A stretch of DNA of 64,000 nt, from the NCBI GenBank assembly GCA_965230295.1, contig OZ246001.1:1600001-1664000 (forward strand), read 5' to 3'. Source of the stretch: Marinicella sp. Its GTDB lineage: Bacteria > Pseudomonadota > Gammaproteobacteria > Xanthomonadales > Marinicellaceae. Both the position numbers and the translations under genes were made by a program. The stretch's first letter is position 1. Each line of letters starts with the position of its first letter. Positions 29,420-40,032 of the stretch are shown here, piece after piece. The notes under the pieces were generated by a model. That model was not told the origin of the DNA, ran no database searches, and saw only the letters and a program-made list of their open reading frames with translations.

Positions 29420-30682
29420 ATGATAAAAAACTGTTCTCACTTAAAAAAAACGGCCCTGGTTTCTGCCTTGCTGCTAGAAATGGGTACGGGGGCACTAGCG
29501 GCCAACATCGCCGTTGATGGCACCACTTGTAACTTAGCAGATGCCATCACTGCCGCCAATACGGACACAGCCACAGGGGGGTGTTCAGCTGGAGCGGGGG
29601 ATGATGTCCTGAATTTAGAATCGGGTGCTAGTCCATTTGTACTAACCACTCAGTTGCCTTATATAAGTTCCAATATCACAATCAATGGTAATGACTCAAC
29701 AGTCTCTCGAGATGCAGGGGCGCCTGAATTCAACGTGTTCAACATAACTGGCACCAACACCACTTCAATTTTAAATGACCTAACAATCACGGGTGGAAAC
29801 AGCCTCAGTAATCGTGGGGGCGGTATAAATGCTGAAGTAGGAACGTTAGTTGAAATCAATAACACCACCATCACAGGCAACACAGGCGGTGGTATATTCA
29901 TGCGTGTTAGTAATTTGACGCTCAGTAATTCTCTGATTGCAAATAACAGTGGAAATGTACAAGCCTATTATTATGGAGCTGGTGTTGCTGTAAATGCTGG
30001 TAATGTGGATATCGTTAACACCACCATTACTGGGAATAACAATCAGTCAACCATTGCTGGTGGTGGTGGTGTCTATGTCACTGATTTTAACGGTCCAGTT
30101 ACACTTGGCATAACCAACAGCACCATTTCTGGCAACACAGCCAGTGTCCGCCGAGGTGGTGGAATCTCCAGCGAGGGCTTTGGCAACGGAATAGAATTGA
30201 ATTTGAATAATGTCACGGTCACTTTGAATTCATCTGGTGGCAATGGCGGTGGTATTTATAACAGAAATACGGATATCACCGTTTCTCAATCTTTGATCTC
30301 TGGCAATACGGCAGCGGTATCCAATCAATGGGAATCTACAGGTGCATCTTACGTGACAGTTAATGCATACAACATCTTTGGAGAAAGCAATGCCGCGGGG
30401 TTGACAGGAGTGACTCCGGGTGTTTATGACATCATACCAACAGTTGGTGTTGCGGAGATTTTTGACACCAACTTAACAGACAACGGCGGTGCAACACCAA
30501 CCCATGCATTGATCGCCAATGGCCCTGCTTTAGACGCGATTGCCGCATGTTTACTGAGCACTGATCAAACGGGTAAATCCAGACCCATCGATGGCGATGC
30601 AGATGGCAATGCATTGTGCGATGTGGGGGCCTTCGAAAACATCTACCCCGATGTGATTTTCACTGATGGGTTTGAAAACTGA
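29420..30682 (+). CDS. Secreted beta-helix protein with choice-of-anchor Q domain and C-terminal IFxDGFE tag
   Basis: AAGGA RBS and signal peptide; GG(G/A)I..N.TI.GN repeats; L.DNGG.TPTHAL...PA.D..DQ.G..RP...CDVGAFE; ends DVIFTDGFEN. Confidence 0.85.
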   Translation: MIKNCSHLKKTALVSALLLEMGTGALAANIAVDGTTCNLADAITAANTDTATGGCSAGAGDDVLNLESGASPFVLTTQLPYISSNITINGNDSTVSRDAGAPEFNVFNITGTNTTSILNDLTITGGNSLSNRGGGINAEVGTLVEINNTTITGNTGGGIFMRVSNLTLSNSLIANNSGNVQAYYYGAGVAVNAGNVDIVNTTITGNNNQSTIAGGGGVYVTDFNGPVTLGITNSTISGNTASVRRGGGISSEGFGNGIELNLNNVTVTLNSSGGNGGGIYNRNTDITVSQSLISGNTAAVSNQWESTGASYVTVNAYNIFGESNAAGLTGVTPGVYDIIPTVGVAEIFDTNLTDNGGATPTHALIANGPALDAIAACLLSTDQTGKSRPIDGDADGNALCDVGAFENIYPDVIFTDGFEN

Positions 30683-30906
30683 CAATGCTCAGCCGAAACC
30701 TTAAAAAAGCCCGTTTCAATCGGGATTGTTTGATTGAAAAGGATGCCCATACGAACTACTTCTGAAAACGGCGCTTTCAAGTAGTTATTTAAATATCATA
30801 CTGTAACTTTTTGCACAAATTCACTCTCAGATCCGGGCTGTTCCTTGCACATTCTATAAATTATAAGACTGGGATTATTGGAAAAGTGGAGGAAATAAAC
30901 AACTTA

Positions 30907-30959
30907 AACTGACTTGTAATCAGTAGGTCCGGGGTTCGACTCCTCGTGTCGGCACCATT
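30907..30959 (+). repeat. Duplicated 3' part of tRNA-Thr (att site)
   Basis: AACTGACTTGTAATCAGTAGG...GGCACCATT; lacks the 5' acceptor strand and D arm. Confidence 0.92.
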
Positions 30960-31059
30960 ATCGCCATGTTCCCTCATCCCCTTATAACAAAGTGACACGA
31001 CATGCATTCGTGGTTTCTTGCTTTCTCATCCTGAGTATTTATTGTTCAGTTAAAATGGT

Positions 31060-33270
31060 ATGATTCTGGCCATGCAGAACTCCGCCAGAAAGTCTGTGGT
31101 CCAAGTGGCTTTGAAAGTGCCATTTGCAGCCCATTTAGACTACCGCTTACCAGACGATTGTCCCACGCCGCCAGTCGGCGCTCGGGTGGTGGTTCCCCTG
31201 GGTAAAAACAAACCCATGGTCGGGGTGGTTTTGGCTTTGGTGGATGACAGCCCTTTTGAAAACCTGAAGCCCATCTCGGAGGTGCTTGACCTAAAACCGC
31301 TGTTGAATGCAAAGAGCATAGAATTACTGCAGCAAGCAGCCAAATACTATCAAGTCAATCTGGGTGAAATGGTGTTCACTGCCTTACCTGCCTGGTACCG
31401 GAAAACTGACAACCGACCCATCCCGATTCAGTACTGGTGGCAAGTTTCAGCCTCGGTTGAAGCAGCACAAGAGTTGTTAAAAGCGGCCCCCAAACAACTT
31501 GAGATTTTTGAATACCTGCATCGACACGGGCCCTTGCAGAGCAAAACCATGAATCACATCAATGCCGCCGCTGCCAAGTTGTGTCGTCAATTGCAAGATA
31601 AAGGCCTGTTGGATTCATCAGAAGTCTGTTTTGTAGCAACCGACCAGGCCAAAGATCCAGGTTTTCAACTGACCACCGATCAAGCCAATGCGCTTGAACA
31701 GTTAAAGGCCCATGAAGACCAATTCCAGGTGGCGCTGTTAGATGGCATCACCGGTTCAGGCAAAACTGAAATATACATCCAATTCATCAACCGCCTGTTA
31801 CAGAAAAAACAACAGGCACTGGTTTTGGTGCCAGAAATCGGCTTAACTCCTCAACTGTTTCAGGAAATCAGTCAACGCATCAATGGTCAAATGGCCATCT
31901 TACATTCCGGACTGTCGGATGGGGCCCGGGGCCGGGTCTGGCAACATGCTGCCAATGGCTTAGTGGATGTGGTGGTTGCCACCCGTTCAGGAATCTTTAC
32001 ACCGTTCAAAAACCTGGGCGCCATCTTGGTCGATGAAGAACACGACTTGAGCTACAAACAACAAGAGGGCTTGCGTTATTCAGCCCGTGACCTGGCCGTT
32101 TTGCGTGGCAAAATTGAATCCATTCCTGTGGTTTTAGGCTCGGCCACACCCAGTTTTGAAAGCCTGAACCATGCCATCAATGGTAAGTACCAGTGGTTGA
32201 AACTGCGCACCCGCACCAATCGCAGCCCCATGCCCAGTATGACCTTACAAAACACCCAGGCCAAACAATTCCACAAAGGGTTGACCAGGCAAACACTCAG
32301 TGCCATCGAGGACCATTTAAACGAAGGCAATCAAGTGTTGGTTTTTCTTAACCGACGAGGCTGGTCTCACAAACTGATATGCCATGAATGCAGTTGGGTG
32401 GCTGAATGTGATGACTGTGACGCCTACCTGACTTTTCATCAACACTTGGGTTTGTTGAAGTGCCACCATTGCGAACGGCGCTATACCATACCGGAATTTT
32501 GTCCCGCTTGTGGCTCTCAAGAGGTGGAAACCATGGGCGTGGGCACGGAAAAGGTTGCTGCAGGTTTACAAGCTCACTTTAACCAAGTACCGGTGGTGAG
32601 GTTTGATCGCGACTCGGTCAACACGCCTGCCCAATGGCAAAGTAATTTAGAAGTGGTCAGGGCTGGAGACCCTTGTGTCATTGTTGGCACCCAAATGTTG
32701 TCCAAAGGGCACGATTTTCCGCTGTTGTCATTGGTGGTGGTGGTCAATGTAGACAACAGTTTCTTTTCGGCAGACTTTCGTGCCACAGAATATTTGGCCC
32801 AACTTTTGACTCAGGTTTCCGGGCGAGCTGGCCGGGCAAAAACCAGTGGTGAAGTCATCATCCAAACCCAATTCCCTGAACATGAGTTTTTTCAGACTTT
32901 ATTCAAGCAAAATTATGAAGTGTTTGCCCAGCAACAAATGGAACAGCGCCATGAAATGATGTTCCCACCTTACACCCACATGGCCATCATTCGTGGCCAG
33001 CACCGCAATGAATTGGTGTTGGATCGTTTCCTGCAACAAATGGCAGATGGCCTGAACATTCAGGATGACATCAGCGTGCTCGGCCCCTTACCGGCGCCCA
33101 TGCAAAAGCGGCAAAAACTGTACCGGATGCAGCTGATCCTGAACAGTAACAACCGCAAGTCATTACACCAAACCATCCACCAACTCAAATCATCGATGGA
33201 TAAACAAGCGGCGAATAACCGACAGCAGGTGCAGTGGTTTGTAGACATTGACCCGGTTAATTTCGACTAA
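31060..33270 (+). CDS. priA: Primosomal protein N'
   Basis: GITGSGKTE, DEEHD, GSATPS, four CxxC, QVSGRAGR. Confidence 0.97.
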   Translation: MILAMQNSARKSVVQVALKVPFAAHLDYRLPDDCPTPPVGARVVVPLGKNKPMVGVVLALVDDSPFENLKPISEVLDLKPLLNAKSIELLQQAAKYYQVNLGEMVFTALPAWYRKTDNRPIPIQYWWQVSASVEAAQELLKAAPKQLEIFEYLHRHGPLQSKTMNHINAAAAKLCRQLQDKGLLDSSEVCFVATDQAKDPGFQLTTDQANALEQLKAHEDQFQVALLDGITGSGKTEIYIQFINRLLQKKQQALVLVPEIGLTPQLFQEISQRINGQMAILHSGLSDGARGRVWQHAANGLVDVVVATRSGIFTPFKNLGAILVDEEHDLSYKQQEGLRYSARDLAVLRGKIESIPVVLGSATPSFESLNHAINGKYQWLKLRTRTNRSPMPSMTLQNTQAKQFHKGLTRQTLSAIEDHLNEGNQVLVFLNRRGWSHKLICHECSWVAECDDCDAYLTFHQHLGLLKCHHCERRYTIPEFCPACGSQEVETMGVGTEKVAAGLQAHFNQVPVVRFDRDSVNTPAQWQSNLEVVRAGDPCVIVGTQMLSKGHDFPLLSLVVVVNVDNSFFSADFRATEYLAQLLTQVSGRAGRAKTSGEVIIQTQFPEHEFFQTLFKQNYEVFAQQQMEQRHEMMFPPYTHMAIIRGQHRNELVLDRFLQQMADGLNIQDDISVLGPLPAPMQKRQKLYRMQLILNSNNRKSLHQTIHQLKSSMDKQAANNRQQVQWFVDIDPVNFD

Positions 33271-33287
33271 ACAAATCTTTAGCGCAC

Positions 33288-33315
33288 AAAAAAAGCCCCA
33301 AACCGGGGCTTTCTT
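33288..33315. terminator. Bidirectional terminator
   Basis: AAAGCCCC/GGGGCTTT hairpin between convergent genes. Confidence 0.7.
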
Positions 33316-33335
33316 CGAATTCATTTTAATTGAGT

Positions 33336-34043
33336 TTATTTAACTTCAATCAACTCAACATCAAAAATCAAGGTACTGTTGGGGCCAATGGCACCACCAG
33401 GTCTGGCGTCTGAACCATAAGCCAGCTCAGGTGGGATGTAAAAGCGGTATTTTGAACCCGCATTCATCAATTGTAAACCTTCAGTCCAACCTTTGATCAC
33501 TTGATTCAAAGCAAAAGTAGCTGGTTGACCACGATCAACTGAACTGTCGAACTTGGTGCCGTCAATCAAAGTGCCGGTGTAATGAACCACCACAGTGGCG
33601 GTTTCTGAGCCAGGCTTGGCGCCTTCACCTTGTTGAACCACTTCATACAACAAACCAGATTCTGTGCTCATGACACCTGATTGGGCCGCTTTCTCTTTCA
33701 AAAAGGCCGCGCCTTTTTCTGCATTCTCAACTTTTTGGGTTTCCAATTCAGCCATCATTTTTTCTCTTTTGGCTTTTTGAACTTCTTGTTGCTTTTGCTG
33801 AATGATGCCGCGGATCTTGGTCAACTCCTCGTTGGTTAATCGCAGTTCACGTCCCGCCAAACCATCTTCTAATCCTTTCAAGAAAGAGTCTTTATCAAAC
33901 TCAAGCTCTGAATCATTCAAGTATTTTCCAACATCAGATCCAATTTTATAGTTAATCTGACCGTTTTCGGAATCCATATCTGCCCATGCAGAAGCGCTCA
34001 TAAAGGCTCCAACTACACCAAAGGCAATGGCTAATTTTTTCAT
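33336..34043 (-). CDS. fkpA: FKBP-type peptidyl-prolyl isomerase (FkpA/Mip-like)
   Basis: Signal peptide; VHYTGTLIDG.KFDSS, VIKGWTEGL, LIFDVEL. Confidence 0.9.
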   Translation of the reverse strand: MKKLAIAFGVVGAFMSASAWADMDSENGQINYKIGSDVGKYLNDSELEFDKDSFLKGLEDGLAGRELRLTNEELTKIRGIIQQKQQEVQKAKREKMMAELETQKVENAEKGAAFLKEKAAQSGVMSTESGLLYEVVQQGEGAKPGSETATVVVHYTGTLIDGTKFDSSVDRGQPATFALNQVIKGWTEGLQLMNAGSKYRFYIPPELAYGSDARPGGAIGPNSTLIFDVELIEVK

Positions 34044-34292
34044 TCAATATCTCCAATTTATTAGCATTTAATGAGGCTTGATCAATCAATCTGATCAACC
34101 AAAGCCGGCAATTATAACAAAAATATGCAACCAATATTCAATAACTGGGTCTCAGTTTAGTTCACAGAAGCTTGTATTGATGACGATTGACCTATATCAT
34201 TATTTACACCCCTCTGGCAGTATTAATGGTTAAAAGTTCAATCCCGAAGGTTGAACACCCACTGAACAATAAGAAGAACAGGACATTTAAAG

Positions 34293-36470
34293 ATGAACCA
34301 AAGAACAATTATATGGGTTATGGCTACTTTGATTGGCAGCCTTTTGGTCAGCCAAACCGGCCTTGCCAAAACCGATTTTGAACCGATAAAACCCAGCCCA
34401 AAACATCAGGATGAAAGTCGCTTGGTGGTCAAGCTGGTTGATAAGTTACATTACAAAGAAACCGATTTGGACGATCAATTTTCAGCAGAAATATTGAACA
34501 AATACATTTCTGTCTTGGACCCCAACAAGATGTATTTTCTTGGTGAAGATGTGGTGGCTTTTGATCGGTGGAAGACTTCTATTGATGAAGGCTTAAAAAC
34601 CGGCAACTTAAAGCCGGCTTATGCCATCTTCAACCTGTTCAAGAAACGAGTGAGCACCCAAAAGGCCTACGCCTTGTCAGTACTTGAGTCGGATTTGGAT
34701 TTTGAGAAAGCCGAAGAATTTCAGTGGGATCGTGAAAAAGCAGCTTATGCCATAGACCAACAAGAACTGAATGAACTGTGGCGCAAGAAAGTTAAGAACG
34801 ACTACCTGGGCCTGAAATTACTGAAGAAAGAGCCAGAAAAAATCAATGAAACACTGAGCAAACGTTATAAGTTAATGGCCAAACGCATCGATGACATGAA
34901 AAGCGATGACGTGTTCCAGTACTTCATTAATTCCTATTTAAGCCTGGTGGAGCCACATACGGGTTATATGGAGCCCATCACTTCAGAAAATTTCGAGATC
35001 AACATGAAATTATCGCTGGAGGGCATCGGTGCCGTTTTGGGCAATGATGGCGAATATACATCGATTCAAACCATTGTCAAAGGTGGCCCGGCTGATCTGG
35101 AAGGCACCTTGAAAAGTGGTGATAAAGTTTTGGCAGTGGGTCAGGATGCAGAAGGTGGTTTTGAAGATGTGGTCGGTTGGGGCATCGAAGATGTGGTACA
35201 ACTGATTCGTGGAGAAAAGGGCTCAACCGTGCGATTGCGTGTGATTGCAGAAGATGATGGCCCTGATACCATTCCTCATGTGGTGCATATTGTGCGTGAT
35301 AAGGTCAAACTGGAACAACAAGCCGCCCAACACCAAATATTTAAAGTCAAAGACGGGAAACATACCCGTAAAATTGGTGTCATTGACTTACCGACCTTCT
35401 ATTTAGATTTCGCGGCTTTACAAGCGGGTGACAGCGACTACCGCAGCACCACCAAGGATGTCAAAAAAATCCTGCGCAAATTTGAAGATGAAGGGGTACA
35501 AGGTGTCATTGTTGACCTGCGTAACAACGGCGGTGGTTCTTTGTATGAAGCCGTGCAATTGACCGGCCTGTTTATTGACAAAGGGCCCGTGGTTCAAACC
35601 AAATTCAGCCAGGGCAAAATTGACATCAAAAGAGATGTCAACCCAAATATTTCCTGGAAAGGACCCATGGTGGTAATGGTCAATAAGTTATCCGCCTCTG
35701 CGTCAGAGATTTTTGCTGCCGCCATGCAAGATTATGGCCGTGCCTTGATCGTCGGTGGTCAAACCTATGGCAAAGGGACGGTACAAAATGTGATGCCTTT
35801 GAATGAATACATCAACAACCCTGAACTTGAGTTGGGTCAATTAAAAATGACCATGGGTCAGTTTTTCCGCATCAATGGTGGCAGCACTCAAAACCGCGGG
35901 GTCATTCCGGACATCATTTTCCCTGCTTCACCTGGTTTAGAAAACTATGGCGAATCCACTTATGAGAACGCTTTGCCCTGGAACAGCATTTCAAGCAGTG
36001 ACTACACCATGTTTGACGATTTATCAGATGAAATTTCACAATTAAAGAAACGCTATTTAGCAAGAAGTGAAGTCAACTTTGAGTTTGACTTTTTGAAACG
36101 TGAAATTGAACTGTATGAGAAAGAAAAAGATGAAGTGACGGTGTCACTGTCTTTGGCGGAGCGAAAGCGCAAAGCCGAAGAACGCAAAGCCAGAAAGAAA
36201 GTCCGCAAAGAGAAGCGCGCAGCCATGATGGCTGCCATCGAACCCAACCCGCTGTTGGGTGAGGTCACTTTGGTGTTTGATTCAAAAGAAGAACTGAAGT
36301 CTGAAGACACCTTAATGGCCGAACAAGCCGCTGCCGAAAATCCTGATGAAGACGAAGATGAAGAGTTTGTAGATTACCGCTTACATGAAACGGCCCGAAT
36401 TTTGGCAGATTTTATTGCATTAAAAATGGAAAACCTGATTGCACTGGCTGATAAAAAAACTGACAGCTGA
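34293..36470 (+). CDS. prc: Carboxy-terminal processing (tail-specific) protease
   Basis: PDZ (LEGIGA), DLRNNGGG, SASASEI, TYGKGTVQ. Confidence 0.94.
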   Translation: MNQRTIIWVMATLIGSLLVSQTGLAKTDFEPIKPSPKHQDESRLVVKLVDKLHYKETDLDDQFSAEILNKYISVLDPNKMYFLGEDVVAFDRWKTSIDEGLKTGNLKPAYAIFNLFKKRVSTQKAYALSVLESDLDFEKAEEFQWDREKAAYAIDQQELNELWRKKVKNDYLGLKLLKKEPEKINETLSKRYKLMAKRIDDMKSDDVFQYFINSYLSLVEPHTGYMEPITSENFEINMKLSLEGIGAVLGNDGEYTSIQTIVKGGPADLEGTLKSGDKVLAVGQDAEGGFEDVVGWGIEDVVQLIRGEKGSTVRLRVIAEDDGPDTIPHVVHIVRDKVKLEQQAAQHQIFKVKDGKHTRKIGVIDLPTFYLDFAALQAGDSDYRSTTKDVKKILRKFEDEGVQGVIVDLRNNGGGSLYEAVQLTGLFIDKGPVVQTKFSQGKIDIKRDVNPNISWKGPMVVMVNKLSASASEIFAAAMQDYGRALIVGGQTYGKGTVQNVMPLNEYINNPELELGQLKMTMGQFFRINGGSTQNRGVIPDIIFPASPGLENYGESTYENALPWNSISSSDYTMFDDLSDEISQLKKRYLARSEVNFEFDFLKREIELYEKEKDEVTVSLSLAERKRKAEERKARKKVRKEKRAAMMAAIEPNPLLGEVTLVFDSKEELKSEDTLMAEQAAAENPDEDEDEEFVDYRLHETARILADFIALKMENLIALADKKTDS

Positions 36471-36493
36471 TCAGCAGTTTTCATTGACCATAC

Positions 36494-36523
36494 AAAAAGC
36501 CTGACATCAAGTCAGGCTTTTTT
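36494..36523. terminator. Bidirectional terminator
   Basis: AAAAAGCCTGAC/GTCAGGCTTTTT. Confidence 0.8.
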
Positions 36524-36534
36524 ATTGAGCACAA

Positions 36535-37812
36535 TTATCGACTCAAATTGACTGGGTCTTCGCTCTTGACCACCACATTGTCTTCAATGCGAATCCCACC
36601 ATACGGTAAAAATTGATCCACTTGCTGCCAGTTCACATCAGCATGTCCGGCAATCTCTTGCAACAACATGGGAATAAAATAGATGCCCGGCTCAATGGTG
36701 ATGATTGCGTTTTCCCGCAAAGTATCGGTCAGTCGCAAAAATGGGTATTGTTCTGGTGGTGACTTGACAGTACCTTGATGATCAATCACATGTCCGGAAA
36801 CATCATGAACCTGGAGTCCCAAATAATGGCCCAACCCGTGGGGGAAGAACGTTTGGCTCAAGCCTTGCTCAACGGCCGCTTCAGGGGTGCAGTTCAACAC
36901 ATTGAACTCACTCAACACCTGCGATATATTGAAGTGGGCCTGACGATGTAAGTCAACATAGTCCTGGCCAGCCACAGCTTGCTGACACAAACTTTGCTGT
37001 TTCTCATCAAGGCTATTGACCATGTCCGCGAAATCACCAGACTGGTACGCATAAGTCCGGGTGATGTCGGCCGCATAGCCTTTGAAGTTGGCACCGGCAT
37101 CAATCAAAAACGACTTCAAATCAGCTGCCGCAATCCGTTCACGGCTCTGATACTGGTAATGCAGCACCGATGGATTTTCATTCAAGGCCACAATGTTGCC
37201 ATAAGGCATTTGGTGTTCATTGTGATCACAGGCCTGTAAATAAGCCATGTGAATACCAAACTCTGATTCACCGGCATAAAAGGCCTTTTTGGCTGCTTCA
37301 TGGCCTTTCAGAGCCAACTGATTGGCTCCGGTCACACAGTGGATTTCATAGTCGGTTTTTTGTACTCGGCTGAAATGTAAATAGTTAATCAATGCCTCAG
37401 GGTTGGTGTCTGCATCTGGCAGCGGCTGCAATTCGCTGGAACCGATCCAGGCATGGTTTTTTTCTTGGGTAAAATCAGGCAGTTCTGAATAATGTCCGAC
37501 CACCTTCACATCAAAATACTGAGCCCACTTACCTTCAGAGTTGTCGATGATTTTGTGCCAGAAATCGGCTGGTTGATTCAGGTAAACGGTGGGCTTGTGT
37601 CCTGGTTTGAAGTGCAACACACTGCTGACCACATGAGGTACTGGCACCCACCATTTGAAATGTGGATTGATGCTGTGCGGTGGCGCCATGTCATCGAGAA
37701 AGTTATTGGTAGGGTGGCCTGAGTAAATCCAAACCCCATCATAGTTGGTGGCTGCCAGTGCAGCTGTGGTGATTTCAGTCAGGTGTTCAATGTGGTTTTT
37801 AAATAAGTTCAT
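36535..37812 (-). CDS. pepQ: Xaa-Pro dipeptidase
   Basis: LIDAGA..GYAADITRT, PHGLGH.LGLQVHD, TIEPG, GGIRIEDN. Confidence 0.93.
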   Translation of the reverse strand: MNLFKNHIEHLTEITTAALAATNYDGVWIYSGHPTNNFLDDMAPPHSINPHFKWWVPVPHVVSSVLHFKPGHKPTVYLNQPADFWHKIIDNSEGKWAQYFDVKVVGHYSELPDFTQEKNHAWIGSSELQPLPDADTNPEALINYLHFSRVQKTDYEIHCVTGANQLALKGHEAAKKAFYAGESEFGIHMAYLQACDHNEHQMPYGNIVALNENPSVLHYQYQSRERIAAADLKSFLIDAGANFKGYAADITRTYAYQSGDFADMVNSLDEKQQSLCQQAVAGQDYVDLHRQAHFNISQVLSEFNVLNCTPEAAVEQGLSQTFFPHGLGHYLGLQVHDVSGHVIDHQGTVKSPPEQYPFLRLTDTLRENAIITIEPGIYFIPMLLQEIAGHADVNWQQVDQFLPYGGIRIEDNVVVKSEDPVNLSR

Positions 37813-37830
37813 GGCTTCATCTTTTGGTGT

Positions 37831-38610
37831 TCATATATTAAAAAATCTTCGACTGTTGGCGGTGGTGACGGCCACCACTTCATCATGACTGAAGTTGGTA
37901 TGTTCGGCAATGAAATTTGCAATGTGAGGCAGGTATTTGGGTTCATTGCGTCTGGTTTTGGGTTTAGGCTGTAAATTCCTTGGCATCAAATAAGGGGAAT
38001 CGGTTTCAATCAGCAACCGATCTGTAGGGATGTTTTTCACCAATTCAATTAAATGCTGTCCACGCCGCTCATCACAAATCCAGCCAGTTATGCCGATGTA
38101 ACAATCCAAGTCTAAATAATCAAACAAGGCTTGTTCATTGTCGGTAAAACAATGCACCACCACATGGCCCAATTGATCTCGGTGCTCTTTGAGGATGGGG
38201 TGAAAGTCGACATGCGCATCGCGTTGGTGTAAAAATATGGGCATTTCATGCGCTATGGCCAACCTGATGTGTTGTTCGAAAGAAAATACCTGTGACTCTC
38301 TGGGTGATATGTCGCGAAAGTAATCCAAGCCTGTTTCACCCACTGCCACCACCTTGGTGTCTTTCAACAAGGATTGGATGGCTGCTTCCGCTTCACCGTC
38401 GAAGTCACTGGCATGGTGTGGGTGGATACCAGCTGTGGCATAACAACAATCACTGTAATGGTGTGCCAATTGCTGTGCTTTTTGGGAACACTGCACATCT
38501 GATCCTGTGATGATAAAGGCCTCAACACCGGCCAACCGCGCGTTTTTGATGACTTCATCGCGGTCCTTATCAAAGCTGTCGTGGGTTAGATTGGCCCCAA
38601 TATCTATCAT
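37831..38610 (-). CDS. tatD: TatD family DNase
   Basis: DIGANL, G.HPH, GETGLDY, HCFT, ETDSPY. Confidence 0.93.
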   Translation of the reverse strand: MIDIGANLTHDSFDKDRDEVIKNARLAGVEAFIITGSDVQCSQKAQQLAHHYSDCCYATAGIHPHHASDFDGEAEAAIQSLLKDTKVVAVGETGLDYFRDISPRESQVFSFEQHIRLAIAHEMPIFLHQRDAHVDFHPILKEHRDQLGHVVVHCFTDNEQALFDYLDLDCYIGITGWICDERRGQHLIELVKNIPTDRLLIETDSPYLMPRNLQPKPKTRRNEPKYLPHIANFIAEHTNFSHDEVVAVTTANSRRFFNI

Positions 38611-38661
38611 AGTTGTATTCTCTTGGGTCTTTTTTTATTTTTTGTTGTTGACAGTAAAAAT

Positions 38662-38735
38662 AAAAGCGACCTCAGCGAGAATGGCTTTGTTTTCGCGCGC
38701 AACCGCTCTGATTCGCTGTGCTCACCAACCGGGTT
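38662..38735 (-). repeat. Dispersed MITE/REP-like element
   Basis: Reverse complement reads CCGGTTGGTGAGCACAGCGAATC...GGTCGCTTTT, matching the ends of the 27731-27858 element. Confidence 0.5.
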
Positions 38736-38887
38736 GGCTGGGAATGCAACATCAAAACTCCAGGGGGTTTTGATGTCAATAATATTTGGTTTTTTAAATC
38801 CGTTCATGTTCTGTTTATTAAATATTCATTTCCAATTCAGTCAGGATACGTAATATATCAATCAATACTCACCTCGCGGAGAACTTT

Positions 38888-39865
38888 ATGAAAAAAATAA
38901 TGACTTTAATGGCTTTTATGTGGGTCAGCTTGCCCAGTTGGTCTTTCACCCCTGAATCTGGCTTGTATTGGAATGCCAATGAACCGGGCATTGGTTTCAA
39001 CTTTGAAATCCAGGACAACTTCTTTTTTGGTGTCTTTTATGTCTACGACGACAATGGCATCCCATTTTGGTACACCACTTCCGGCTTTATGGATGGCAAC
39101 TCCTATGTTGAAGGCGACATTTACATCAGTGAAGACGGTCCTTGTTTAGGCTGTAGTTGGACTCCTTCAAACACCTATATCAGCAGCTTAGGCAAAGCCA
39201 AAATTAATTTCCTGACCGAAACCACCGCCACCATTGAATATTTGGGCCAAACCAAATTTCTTGAGCGCTTTAATTTCTTTTTAGGTGACGAGTTGCAAAA
39301 AATGCGAGGCGAATGGCAAGTGGTTTATGATGTATCAGAGTACAGCAATGGCTTTCCGTTTTTTGCCGATGTGTTGATCTTTGAGCAAACCGAAACTTTT
39401 GATGGAGATTATTTAGCCACGGGTTGTCGCTCAGAAAGCACCGTTTTCAACCGCTGCACCAATTATGCTTTGAACAACAATGACCTTGCGGCTGCTTATG
39501 ATACGGTTAATGATGAGTTGATTGCAGTGGTCAGGGATGATGACGATTACTATTTGGCCTATTACTTGAAAACCGGTACCAATCAATTCGATGGCGAGGC
39601 TTTCTCTTATGAAGTGGGTAGCTCACCCAATCTGAACCTAACCGGGTTTTCGGTCCGCGGTTTTCGTTCAGCCAGTAAAACCTTTGTGGACACAGGTACA
39701 GGCCCCTCCAAGTCTGCTTCAACCTCCAAAAACACCAAGCCTGGTTTGAATAAAATGTTAGACCAAGATTTATTGAAATCAGCACCTGCATCTACTTTAG
39801 ATGCCGCCACCCAAGAACGGGTGATGGACACCATCAAGCGACTGGAGGCACAGTTAAGCAAATAA
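38888..39865 (+). CDS. Secreted hypothetical protein
   Basis: GGAG RBS, signal peptide, PESG.YWN..EPG.G..EIQ beta-rich domain; terminator downstream at about 39886-39921. Confidence 0.8.
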   Translation: MKKIMTLMAFMWVSLPSWSFTPESGLYWNANEPGIGFNFEIQDNFFFGVFYVYDDNGIPFWYTTSGFMDGNSYVEGDIYISEDGPCLGCSWTPSNTYISSLGKAKINFLTETTATIEYLGQTKFLERFNFFLGDELQKMRGEWQVVYDVSEYSNGFPFFADVLIFEQTETFDGDYLATGCRSESTVFNRCTNYALNNNDLAAAYDTVNDELIAVVRDDDDYYLAYYLKTGTNQFDGEAFSYEVGSSPNLNLTGFSVRGFRSASKTFVDTGTGPSKSASTSKNTKPGLNKMLDQDLLKSAPASTLDAATQERVMDTIKRLEAQLSK

Positions 39866-39962
39866 GACACACACCTTTGCTTAACAAAAAAGCCAGCACC
39901 TGCTCCCAGTGCTGGCTTTTTCTTGCCAGTATAGTTTGACTGAATAAAATAGTTACTACAAT

Positions 39963-40005
39963 TTGACTTTGGTCAATTTCTCAACACATCCTGCAGTGCT
40001 AGACT
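39963..40005 (+). promoter_or_regulatory. FNR/ANR-type box with -10 element
   Basis: TTGAC-TTTG-GTCAA at 39963-39976 and TAGACT at 40000-40005. Confidence 0.6.
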
Positions 40006-40032
40006 TAATTTTTTAGTTGTGGGACATAAAAA

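Noticed and set aside
30907-30957. Second tRNA-Thr gene
   Set aside because: It lacks the 5' acceptor strand and D arm, so it is an att duplication.
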